A stretch of 64,000 nucleotides of DNA from Anaerolineales bacterium (lineage in GTDB: Bacteria > Chloroflexota > Anaerolineae > Anaerolineales > UBA4823), in contig JAGVAD010000015.1 of the NCBI GenBank assembly GCA_020060465.1, forward strand, positions 56,150 through 120,149, read 5' to 3'. The first letter of the stretch is position 1. Each line of letters starts with the position of its first letter. Positions 1-8,259 of this stretch are shown one piece after another. The translations under genes were made by a program, and so were the position numbers. Under the pieces are notes generated by a model. The model searched no databases. It was given only the letters and a program-made list of their open reading frames with translations, and was not told the origin of the DNA.

Positions 1-304
1 GCTCGCCGCCAAATTGAGAGCCGGGCGTAAAATAGCTCACCGTAAAAGCCGCCATTCGATAGCGGAGAGCCTGCCAATAGGATATGCTTTCACCCTGGGC
101 GCGTAGAATCAACCACCAACGGCCAGGGAAAATCCCCAAAGCCAGAGCATTGAATGCGATGAGACCGCCGAGCTGCCACGGGTCGAGCGATACCAGGATG
201 GCGAGGATGTCGCCAATTGGCGCGCGACGCAGCGCCCAGATGACCAGCATTGGAACAATCAGCCAGATCAGGCGACGCAGAGACGGAGAAAAGGCGTTTC
301 TCAT
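1..304 (-). CDS. Lysylphosphatidylglycerol-synthase TM / flippase-like (UPF0104) membrane protein, partial (runs off window start)
   Basis: Not in the ORF track. Manual translation from ATG at 304: MRNAFSPSLRRLIWLIVPMLVIWALRR...GRWWLILRAQG...YRMAAFTVSYFTPGSQFGGE. The RW..l and TPG..GGE motifs are typical of this family. Starts 8 nt after the upstream stop. Confidence 0.75.
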   Translation of the reverse strand, partial: MRNAFSPSLRRLIWLIVPMLVIWALRRAPIGDILAILVSLDPWQLGGLIAFNALALGIFPGRWWLILRAQGESISYWQALRYRMAAFTVSYFTPGSQFGGE

Positions 305-312
305 ATTTGTTC

Positions 313-1479
313 TTATCCCCTCTGCACGTATCTTTCGCCGGCGCGGTGTCGGTAAAGATAATCCTCAGGCGTCCATAACGAAAGCGCCCCACTGCCCGCG
401 TACAGGATGATGGTATAGGCAACCGCCAGGACGATCTGACTTGCGGTGAGCGGGCTGAGCATCTGATAGAACCCGAGGAAACCCAGAGCAAACCCGGCTG
501 CCACGCGCGGCAAGACGCCAAACACGATCAGAGCGACAGCCAAACCGTTCAAAACGCCGAGAGCGATCAGCGGTAGTGAGACATTGCTGAGTTTGCCTGA
601 CCAGGCGATAAGAAGCGATAGATTGAGCGCCAGGATCAGACCGCGCAGCGCCGTCAAAGCCCAATTTCGCAGCGCCTCGCCGGGGCGTTTGCGCGGTTGG
701 CGCTGTTTGAGCACCCCGCTGACATACAACCAGTCGCGCCCAAAGCCGAATAACAGCGGCAAACCAAATAACGCGGCAGCAATATGCGTCCCCGGCGGGC
801 TAAACAGCGGCCATAACAGGATGGCGAGAAATCCCATTTGCAAACCGGCGAAAATCCGGCGGCTTAAGCTGGGGGGAAGCTCGTAGATCGGCTTATCCAG
901 CCGCTTGCGCAGCCACAATCCGCCCAGGAACAGGTACCGCGCCAGCCCGACGAGAACATACCAGGCGGGCGCCTGACCATATTGCACCGCCAGCAAGGAA
1001 GCCGCCAACACCCCGATTCCGTCGAAGCTCATGTCTAGAACTTCGCCCAGGCGTGTGGCATGGTTCGTCATGCGCGCTGCATAACCGTCAAAAAAGTCGG
1101 CCGCGCATGAAAGAGTATAGAGAATACCCGGCAGCCAGGCCAACCAGCCCTCAGGCCGCGGCAGGAGGAGAAAACCCATCACGCCTGCGGCAAGGAAACC
1201 GCGCAGTAAAGTTAAGCGATTTCCCCAGCCCAGGTTGGGCAACGGTTGAGTTTCACCCAGGCGCACGTTTGCCGGTAGATTGTAAAGTAGGATGGTAAGC
1301 TGATACACAACCGCCAGGCTGGGCAAGATCAACCACAAAGCGGCATATTTCGCTTCCCAACCCAGGCGTAACGCGGCATAGCAAGCTGCCAGGAGCGAGA
1401 ATCCAAGAGCAGCGAAAAGAGCTGTCTCTTTGCGCAATTGTTCAAGAACAGATGATTGAGCAGGGTACTCGCTTAACAT
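313..1479 (-). CDS. CDP-alcohol phosphatidyltransferase family protein with extra C-terminal TM domain
   Basis: Signature D-x2-DG-x2-AR-x7-G-x3-D-x3-D present (ADFFDGYAARMTNHATRLGEVLDMSFDG); highly hydrophobic. Confidence 0.85.
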   Translation of the reverse strand: MLSEYPAQSSVLEQLRKETALFAALGFSLLAACYAALRLGWEAKYAALWLILPSLAVVYQLTILLYNLPANVRLGETQPLPNLGWGNRLTLLRGFLAAGVMGFLLLPRPEGWLAWLPGILYTLSCAADFFDGYAARMTNHATRLGEVLDMSFDGIGVLAASLLAVQYGQAPAWYVLVGLARYLFLGGLWLRKRLDKPIYELPPSLSRRIFAGLQMGFLAILLWPLFSPPGTHIAAALFGLPLLFGFGRDWLYVSGVLKQRQPRKRPGEALRNWALTALRGLILALNLSLLIAWSGKLSNVSLPLIALGVLNGLAVALIVFGVLPRVAAGFALGFLGFYQMLSPLTASQIVLAVAYTIILYAGSGALSLWTPEDYLYRHRAGERYVQRG

Positions 1480-1627
1480 GGTGCGCCAATTCTATCATTA
1501 GTAGATAATTTGCATGATAAATATACGATAAAAGGTTGAATTTGGATTTTTCTTTGCAACGCAAAACCAGCGCCTCCTTGATTTGCATCAGGCGCAGATT
1601 GATTATAGAATAAATTTTGTTGAACTT

Positions 1628-2476
1628 CTATAGATCGCGCTGATTGAAACGCTGGATGGATAAAGCGAAAACCACCAGCAAGTAGATCACGCTGTAAATC
1701 ATCATGGCATCGCTGGGGTAATATCTGGCAGTGAACGGCGTGTCACCCATCATCGTCAGCAGGGGAGACTGAAGTTCAAACGCTGCTCGCTTCCATAGCG
1801 CTTCGCTGGGCATAATCAGGCTGGTGATCACGCCGATGTTCATAGCCGTCTGATTGGTCGCCGGGTCGGGCATGAATGCGCCGATTTGTTCGATCCATCC
1901 GCCGATGAAAGCGACGCCGAAAAGCCCAAAGACCAGCACGCCGTTTGCCAGGGTGGATAGGCTGGCGCCGCCGAGTAGCGAGATGCTGAGCAAAATCACC
2001 GCGTTTAACCACATCAAAGATAGCGCCTGCAAGGGATGCGGCGCGGTATAGCCAGAACGCAGATAAACGATCGCCATCACCCCGCCGCCCATGAGCAACA
2101 AGTATAGGGTGAGCATGGCGGCAAAACCCAGCCATTTTCCTGCCACGATCTCCCAACGCCTCACGGGTTTCGCCACCACGGTTTGAATCGCGCCGGATTG
2201 TATCTCGCCAGAAAGAGTATCCACCGAAGTCAGCACCGTCATCATGGCAGTGAGCATATTCACCACGTACATGCCAGCCATGAGCAGGAAATTACTCACC
2301 TGATTGATCATGAATTTACGATCTTCACCGAAACTCTCCGTCGTGTCTCGAATGATGAAGTGATAACCCAGGCCATAGATAGTCAGGAAGAGTGCGCCTA
2401 AGAGCAACGCCGCCAGCAATATTTTTCGCCGGGAGGCTTCGCGAAAGGTCAGTTTGGCAATGGTGATGCTGTTCAT
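1628..2476 (-). CDS. ABC-2 type transporter permease
   Basis: About 6 TM segments; EIQSGAIQTVVAKPVRRWEIVAGKWLG motif; 4-nt overlap with the ATPase gene. Confidence 0.88.
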   Translation of the reverse strand: MNSITIAKLTFREASRRKILLAALLLGALFLTIYGLGYHFIIRDTTESFGEDRKFMINQVSNFLLMAGMYVVNMLTAMMTVLTSVDTLSGEIQSGAIQTVVAKPVRRWEIVAGKWLGFAAMLTLYLLLMGGGVMAIVYLRSGYTAPHPLQALSLMWLNAVILLSISLLGGASLSTLANGVLVFGLFGVAFIGGWIEQIGAFMPDPATNQTAMNIGVITSLIMPSEALWKRAAFELQSPLLTMMGDTPFTARYYPSDAMMIYSVIYLLVVFALSIQRFNQRDL

Positions 2477-3396
2477 AATCCGCCGTCCGTCCCAACGATC
2501 TGGATAAAAAGATCCTCCAAAGAGATATGCTCTGGGCGGAGCGCATAAACATCCGCCCCTTGACTGACCAGATAACGGTTGATCTCCGGCAGGTCGGCTT
2601 CGCCTGGCAATGTGAATGAGAGATGCTCCCCGTCGGCGCGGATGTTTTTCCCCCAGCGCGACAGACCTTCCACCATTGCAGGATTCAAGTTGCGCGCCCG
2701 CACTTGCACCGTCAATTCGCCTTCCACCAGCGATTGCAATCGGCTGACGCGGATGACCTCACCATGCTTGATAAAGGCTACCCGGTCGCAGGTGATTTCC
2801 ACTTCGCTGAGCAGGTGCGAATTGATAAAGACTGCCACGCCGCGCTGGCTTAGATCGCGGATGATGTCTCGCACCAAGCGACGCCCGACCGGATCCAGCC
2901 CTGAAGTCGGCTCATCCAGGATCACCAGGTCGGGCTGGTTGAGCAGGGCTTGCGCCAGGCCGATGCGCTGCAACATACCTTTCGAGTATTCGCGCAGTTT
3001 TTTACTTGCATGGGGCGTTAGCCCCACCAACTCCAACAGCTCGCCGATGCGGCGGCGGGCTTGTTGGCTCGGCAGGCGATACAAGTCGGCGTGCAACTGC
3101 AAAAACTCGTCGCCGCGCAGCCAATCGTGGAAGCGGAAATGCTCTGGCAGAAAACCCACCCGGCTGCGGACGGCTGGATCGTTCAGCGGCTGACCGAACA
3201 GATATCCTTCTCCGCCGGAGGGAAAAACCAGGTTCAGCAGCATCTTGACCGAAGTGGTTTTTCCCGCGCCGTTAGGCCCCAGAAAACCAAACACCTCGCC
3301 CCTTTCCACGCTCAGGGTCAGATTACTTACGGCTACCTTGTCGCCGAATACCTTTCGCAGGTTGCGGGTTTCAATAGCAAAGGCAGATTGTGACAT
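2473..3396 (-). CDS. ABC transporter ATP-binding protein
   Basis: Walker A GPNGAGKTT, signature YSKGM, Walker B ILDEP, H-loop NSH. Confidence 0.95.
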   Translation of the reverse strand: MSQSAFAIETRNLRKVFGDKVAVSNLTLSVERGEVFGFLGPNGAGKTTSVKMLLNLVFPSGGEGYLFGQPLNDPAVRSRVGFLPEHFRFHDWLRGDEFLQLHADLYRLPSQQARRRIGELLELVGLTPHASKKLREYSKGMLQRIGLAQALLNQPDLVILDEPTSGLDPVGRRLVRDIIRDLSQRGVAVFINSHLLSEVEITCDRVAFIKHGEVIRVSRLQSLVEGELTVQVRARNLNPAMVEGLSRWGKNIRADGEHLSFTLPGEADLPEINRYLVSQGADVYALRPEHISLEDLFIQIVGTDGGL

Positions 3397-3420
3397 TGGG
3401 TGCTCTCGATGGATGGAACG

Positions 3421-3453
3421 CGTGTACAGGCAGGGCTGGCCTGCCTGTACACG
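3421..3453. repeat. Perfect 14-bp intergenic palindrome (REP-like or mRNA-stabilising hairpin)
   Basis: cgtgtacaggcagg-gctgg-cctgcctgtacacg between the anti-sigma and ABC genes; no U-tract on the minus strand. Confidence 0.6.
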
Positions 3454-3479
3454 TTTATACCTGATCTGACTGGCTTTGT

Positions 3480-4640
3480 CTACTTCAATGCAGCGGCGGC
3501 TTCGAGAGCGGCGTTTTTATTGCCAAACCCGGATAAGACATACACAACGCCATTCTTAACCCATATCAGCATGTAGCCCGGCCCGGAGCCACGGCGGAAC
3601 TGGAGCAAAGCCCCGGTCACGCCGTCTACTTGCACCTCTTTGTAATCCGCGCTCCCTTGAGGAATGGGGATCACAAAGGTGGTCGTCCAATCCACCTTGC
3701 TGGCGAACTGCGCTGCTTCTGTTTCGCTCATGCCCAACACCTGGAGATAGATCTGGCCCAACTGGGCGATATCCAGCTCAGGCGGCGCTGAGACGCTTGG
3801 GCTGGGCATCTGGAAGAAGGTAATGCAGTCGGACAATTTGTTGAGGCTGCGCTGGTCAGGGTCGGCGCTGCTGGCGCGTTGACTCGATTGGCAGTCTCCC
3901 ACCTGGGTGATGACGCTGCCTGGAATTTGTACCTTCATGACCGCGCCATTCAGGCTATCTGGCAGTTGGACGTCTGAACGCCCCATTTCCCGCAGGACGG
4001 CGCGCAGAAGTTCCAGATCAATTGTGAAAGTTGCCGCGCCGCCTGGCTGATATAAGTACTGGACTGGTTCGCCAGCCAGGGCGCGCAATGGCATCCCTGC
4101 CAGGGCGCTGGCTTCCTCGAGGGTGGCTACCTCCTGCGGTTCACCCTGCTCCTCAATTTGGACATTCTTACTGAAGAACGCCTCCAATTGAGCAGAGGAT
4201 TCCATACGACCAGGCAGATCATCCATATCTACAGAGATCACGCGCACCTGTTCGACGCGGAAAAGCTGCAAGAAGCTGTTGGCGATCGCCCGCACTGAGG
4301 GGAAAGCCAGAGAGATCGCCAGGACGGCGACCAGGGCGATAACCGCCCAGGTGGGACGGGAAAGGCTCGTAACAAATTTCTTAATCACGGTTGGTTCCTC
4401 CATTTCTTCAGGCAGCCGCGCCATCAAACGCTGATGGGCTGCTGCGGGTTGAATCGGTTGAGGTGGGAAAATTTGTAGATGGTTCAAGCGAGCTTGAACA
4501 CGTTGGGCGCGCTCACTGAGCGCCTGCGCTCTGGAGCGACAGTCGGCGCAAGCCGCCAGATGGGTTTCAATTCGGCGGGCGGTTGCCAGGTCTATCTGCT
4601 GATCCTGATAAGAACGAATTTCTCCCTCAGTGAGATGCAT
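3480..4640 (-). CDS. Zinc-finger (zf-HC2) transmembrane anti-sigma factor
   Basis: HxxxCxxC (HLAACADC) near the N-terminus, one TM, extracytoplasmic domain. Start moved to ATG 4640 (MHLTEGE; RBS GGAGGAAGGAG), directly after the ECF gene. Confidence 0.85.
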   Translation of the reverse strand: MHLTEGEIRSYQDQQIDLATARRIETHLAACADCRSRAQALSERAQRVQARLNHLQIFPPQPIQPAAAHQRLMARLPEEMEEPTVIKKFVTSLSRPTWAVIALVAVLAISLAFPSVRAIANSFLQLFRVEQVRVISVDMDDLPGRMESSAQLEAFFSKNVQIEEQGEPQEVATLEEASALAGMPLRALAGEPVQYLYQPGGAATFTIDLELLRAVLREMGRSDVQLPDSLNGAVMKVQIPGSVITQVGDCQSSQRASSADPDQRSLNKLSDCITFFQMPSPSVSAPPELDIAQLGQIYLQVLGMSETEAAQFASKVDWTTTFVIPIPQGSADYKEVQVDGVTGALLQFRRGSGPGYMLIWVKNGVVYVLSGFGNKNAALEAAAALK

Positions 4641-4641
4641 C

Positions 4642-5235
4642 TCAAATTCTCCTTCCTCCTGCCGGGGTGGCTTTTTCGTAAAGCTGCTCAAACTCTGTTT
4701 CAGCTCGCGCCAGCAGCGCGCCAATGGAAGACGGCGCGACCCCCAGCGTCGCGGCAACTTCTGCGTAGCTCAACCCAGAATAGCGCAAGATCAACAGTTC
4801 CGCCGAACGTGGTTTCATGGCGCTCAACACCTGGCGCACGCGTTCGCGCTCCAGCCGACTTTCGGCGATGATCGCCGGGTCCTGTCTGTGGTCATCTTCC
4901 AACACTTGAACCCCGGCCAGGTTCTCGTATTGTGAGCGGCGTTTGCGCGCCCGCAAAGCGTTCAAACCCAGGTTGGTCGCCACACGATAGAGCCAGGCTG
5001 CTAAGTTCGCTCCATCTTTGGGCGGGCGATGATACAGACGGATGAACGTCTCCAGCGCCAGGTCTTCGGCTTCATCCCAGTCGCCCAGGATGTGCGCCAG
5101 GCGGAGGACGACGCGCTCCCAATAACTGAAAAAGAGCCGATTAAAGTCGGCCGCGTCTGGTTGGCTCCAGGGCAATCCGTCGGATTTTCGATGAAGTGTC
5201 ATGGTCATAGGCAGCCTCGGCAGCAGCGTTGCCAT
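4642..5235 (-). CDS. ECF RNA polymerase sigma-70 factor
   Basis: Region 2 (AEDLALETF...AWLYRVATN) and region 4 (GLSYAEVAATLG...LLARA). Confidence 0.92.
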   Translation of the reverse strand: MATLLPRLPMTMTLHRKSDGLPWSQPDAADFNRLFFSYWERVVLRLAHILGDWDEAEDLALETFIRLYHRPPKDGANLAAWLYRVATNLGLNALRARKRRSQYENLAGVQVLEDDHRQDPAIIAESRLERERVRQVLSAMKPRSAELLILRYSGLSYAEVAATLGVAPSSIGALLARAETEFEQLYEKATPAGGRRI

Positions 5236-5240
5236 CTATT

Positions 5241-5268
5241 AAACACCGCGCGCCAAGGCGTTGTGACA
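5241..5268 (-). promoter_or_regulatory. Putative autoregulatory ECF promoter
   Basis: TGTCACA-N16-TGTTT ending 5 nt before the ATG, consistent with a leaderless transcript; inference only. Confidence 0.4.
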
Positions 5269-5390
5269 ATTCGTTGCAGGTTTCATTATAACCATAACCC
5301 CTCTGTTCTTTCAGCATCCCCTTGTACAGCGAATGACCACGAATGAGATTATAATTACGCCGACCTCACCCCCATCCACGGAGACCTCTC

Positions 5391-6656
5391 ATGTCCCTTG
5401 ACCTTTTCTCGATTCGCGAACAATTCCCTTCTTTACGGCGCCCGGCGGTGTTTTTGGACAACCCAGGCGGCACGCAAATCACCAAACGCGCCATAGATCG
5501 CATCACCTCTTATCTGTTGATGCACAACGCCAACCATGAAGGCGCTTTTGCTACCAGCATCGAGTCAGATGCCGTGCTGCAGGAAGCGCATGTCGCCATG
5601 GCGGACTTTTTGAACGCCCCCAGCCCGGATGAAATCATCTTTGGCAACAATATGACTACGCTGACCTTGCACATCAGCCGCTCGATTGCGCGCACCTGGC
5701 AGGCAGGAGATGAGATTGTTGTGACACGGTTGGATCACGACGCGAACATCACGCCCTGGGTGTTGGCGGCGCAGGATCGCGGGGTGAATGTGCGTTGGGT
5801 GGATTTCGATCCAGAACAGGGTGTGTTGAACCTGGAAGATATGCAAGCCGCTCTGGAAAGAAAACCGCGCCTGGTGGCGGTAGGCTATGCTTCCAACGCG
5901 CTGGGGACGATCAATCCGGTGAAGAAGATCACGCGCATGGCGCATGAGGCTGGCGCGCTGGTGTATGTTGACGCCGTGCAATACGCCCCGCACGGCCCGA
6001 TTGACGTGCAAGACCTGGATTGCGATTTCCTGGTTTGTTCATCTTATAAATTCTTTGGTCCGCACGCTGGCATCCTGTGGGGGCGCTACGATCTGCTGGA
6101 TAGCCTGATAGCATATAAAGTGCGCCCGGCTTCCAACCGCCCGCCGGGGAAGTTCGAAACCGGCACGCAGAACCACGAAGGCATCGCCGGTGTGTTAGGC
6201 GCGCTGGAATACCTGGAGTGGGTCGGCGAGACCTTTGGCGACGTCTATCGTCAGGATTACGCCGAGCGCTATTCGGGTCGGCGTTTGCGACTGAAGCAGG
6301 GCATGGCAGCCATCCGCGCCTATGAATATGAGGTCAGCCACCTGTTGTTAGACATTCTGGAAGAGACCCCTGGCTTGCGACTATATGGGCTGCGCGACCC
6401 GCGCCGGCTGGAAGAACGCGTGCCCACCTTCTCGTTCACCCTGCAAGGCTGGCATCCGCGCCGTCTGGCCGAACGTCTGGCGCAAAGCGGCTTTTACGTC
6501 TGGGATGGCAACTATTACGCCCTGGCAGTCACCGAGCGGCTGGGACTGGAGGGGAGCGGCGGCATGTTGCGCGTCGGTCCCGTGCATTACAATACGCTGG
6601 AGGAGATTCAACACTTTGGCGAGGCATTGGGGAAGATTGCAGCAGAAAACGAATAG
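5391..6656 (+). CDS. Cysteine desulfurase-like class V PLP enzyme (VC1184 subfamily-like)
   Basis: DNPGGTQ, DHDAN, DAVQYAPH, SSYKFFGPH (PLP Lys), FETGT; GGAG RBS. Confidence 0.88.
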   Translation: MSLDLFSIREQFPSLRRPAVFLDNPGGTQITKRAIDRITSYLLMHNANHEGAFATSIESDAVLQEAHVAMADFLNAPSPDEIIFGNNMTTLTLHISRSIARTWQAGDEIVVTRLDHDANITPWVLAAQDRGVNVRWVDFDPEQGVLNLEDMQAALERKPRLVAVGYASNALGTINPVKKITRMAHEAGALVYVDAVQYAPHGPIDVQDLDCDFLVCSSYKFFGPHAGILWGRYDLLDSLIAYKVRPASNRPPGKFETGTQNHEGIAGVLGALEYLEWVGETFGDVYRQDYAERYSGRRLRLKQGMAAIRAYEYEVSHLLLDILEETPGLRLYGLRDPRRLEERVPTFSFTLQGWHPRRLAERLAQSGFYVWDGNYYALAVTERLGLEGSGGMLRVGPVHYNTLEEIQHFGEALGKIAAENE

Positions 6657-6689
6657 AAAGACTGCCGCCTCCCCCTCAAGACAGCAGTC
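6652..6689 (-). terminator. Intrinsic terminator oriented on the minus strand
   Basis: Minus RNA GACUGCUGUCUU-gagggg-GAGGCGGCAGUC pairs fully using G-U wobbles and is followed by UUUCUAUU. The plus-strand version has C.A mismatches and no U-tract. Confidence 0.5.
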
Positions 6690-6930
6690 CTTCAAAATAA
6701 AGCCTGGTCCCCTCCGGAGGCCATGACAGGCTAGCGAAGTTGTCGGTGCAATCTCTTTTTGTACCGATAAGCTGGAATGATTACGGTCTTAATATACATG
6801 AATCAAGGTTGGTACGTAAATAGACAGACGACCGGGCGGCATAGGCATTTGTACTTTCTTAAACAATTTGACTTGTTTCCAATCCAAATCTTTGGTATGC
6901 TGAATTTACTATTTGGAGTTGTAGAGAAAC

Positions 6931-7611
6931 ATGTCTCCTAAAATCCACGTTGCCATTCTCGACGATCATCAGAGCATCATTGACGGTTATCTCTTTCGGT
7001 TGAGTCAGACCCCTGAAGTCGAAGTCGTTGCCACTTCGTTTTTCGCCTCCGACTTAGAACGAATGCTTCAAGAACATCCGGTGGATGTCCTTATTCTTGA
7101 CATTCAAGTTCCCACTTCTCCCGAAAACCTCAACCCCTATCCAATCTTGCATGTCATCCCCCGTCTGCTGCAAAATTATCCTCGGCTGAATGTCCTGGTG
7201 ATTTCGGTTCACAACCAGGCTGCTATGATAAGAAACGTTATGGAGGCAGGCGCTTCGGGCTATATCCTGAAAGATGACTATGCCTCCATCCAGCAGCTTG
7301 GGAGCATTGTCCGTTCAATCGCTTCGGGAGGCATATATCTCAGCCAGGAAGCTTACACCCAACTCGCGAAGAAAATGCCTGAGAGCAATTCCCTCACCTC
7401 TCGACAATTGGAAATCCTCTCGCTGTGTGCCTCATTTCCAGACGCGACCACAGCCGAGCTTGCCAATCGGCTGGGAATCGCAAACTCCACCTTGCGCAAC
7501 TTATTGTCGGAAGCCTATATACGCTTGAACGTTCGCAACCGCGCTGCGGCGATTGCAAAAGCAAGACAACTGGGGATTATCACGCCGCCGCAACCACAGA
7601 TTGAAATTTAG
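6931..7611 (+). CDS. NarL/LuxR-family response regulator (ComA-like by context)
   Basis: REC domain (LDDH, ILD, GASGYILK) plus C-terminal HTH (LTSRQLEIL...RLNVRNRAAAI). Confidence 0.9.
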   Translation: MSPKIHVAILDDHQSIIDGYLFRLSQTPEVEVVATSFFASDLERMLQEHPVDVLILDIQVPTSPENLNPYPILHVIPRLLQNYPRLNVLVISVHNQAAMIRNVMEAGASGYILKDDYASIQQLGSIVRSIASGGIYLSQEAYTQLAKKMPESNSLTSRQLEILSLCASFPDATTAELANRLGIANSTLRNLLSEAYIRLNVRNRAAAIAKARQLGIITPPQPQIEI

Positions 7612-8117
7612 TCGTCTGCTGGAGGCGTATCCAGCATCACTTCCGGGTATTCCAGACCGATTGCCTCAAACATTTTCATAACGGGGCGGATGACTTCCTC
7701 GATCAGATTCTCCAGCCCTGTTCGCTGATAGAAATCAACTAAGTTCAGTGTCTCTTGGGCAAGTTTTCGTTTTTGTAGTAGAAGATGAATGCCATAGCTA
7801 ACCGCCCCACAGCGAATTAATATACTCTGCGCTTCTCGCAGGCAGATTGGATCCATTGACCTGTGACGTAGTTCCATAAATTTCTCTCTGTCGGGATGTT
7901 CCACAATTTGAGCGTATAAGATCGGCAAAGACGAACGCTCCTGTAGCCAATCTGGACTGGCTGGCGTTTCCATCGCATCGTTTAAATCATCGTGGATTTG
8001 AACCATTTCGCCATAAATGTATCCGAAACGTTTGATAGCCTCTGCTTGATCCTTTGTGGCGCCTCCCAGCACGGCGCCAGCATACAAAGCGGCCCCGAAA
8101 AAGGGTGAGCTTTTCTC
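7608..8117 (-). pseudogene. 5'-truncated polyprenyl synthetase / ComQ-like prenyltransferase (C-terminal half only)
   Basis: Frame reads EKSSPFFGAALYAGAVLGG...GEMVQIHDDLND (second Asp-rich motif)...SSLPILYA. In-frame TGA at 8142-8144 upstream; first Asp-rich motif absent. Confidence 0.75.
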
Positions 8118-8259
8118 TCCTTTTCTGAACCAATCGCGTGGTCAAAATGTCCAAAGAATGGATGAACAGCACAAACATTAAGCTATAATTAGATGCCTCC
8201 TTTCGCTGGTTGTTCTTTCCGTCATATACACAATCCATCACAACAGGGAAAGCAGCGCC

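Noticed and set aside
4641-4757. ORF-track upstream starts for the anti-sigma gene (likewise solA, lepB, lpdA, dppB, grpB, E1)
   Set aside because: They overlap neighbouring genes or promoters; downstream ATGs have better SD or promoter context.
6798-6941. 47-aa plus-strand ORF (MNQGWYV...) as a pheromone precursor
   Set aside because: No RBS, Trp is near the N-terminus, and it overlaps the regulator's promoter region and start.
7987-8241. 84-aa minus-strand ORF as a ComX-like peptide
   Set aside because: Overlaps the comQ-like fragment out of frame, crosses the probable deletion junction, and has no properly spaced SD.
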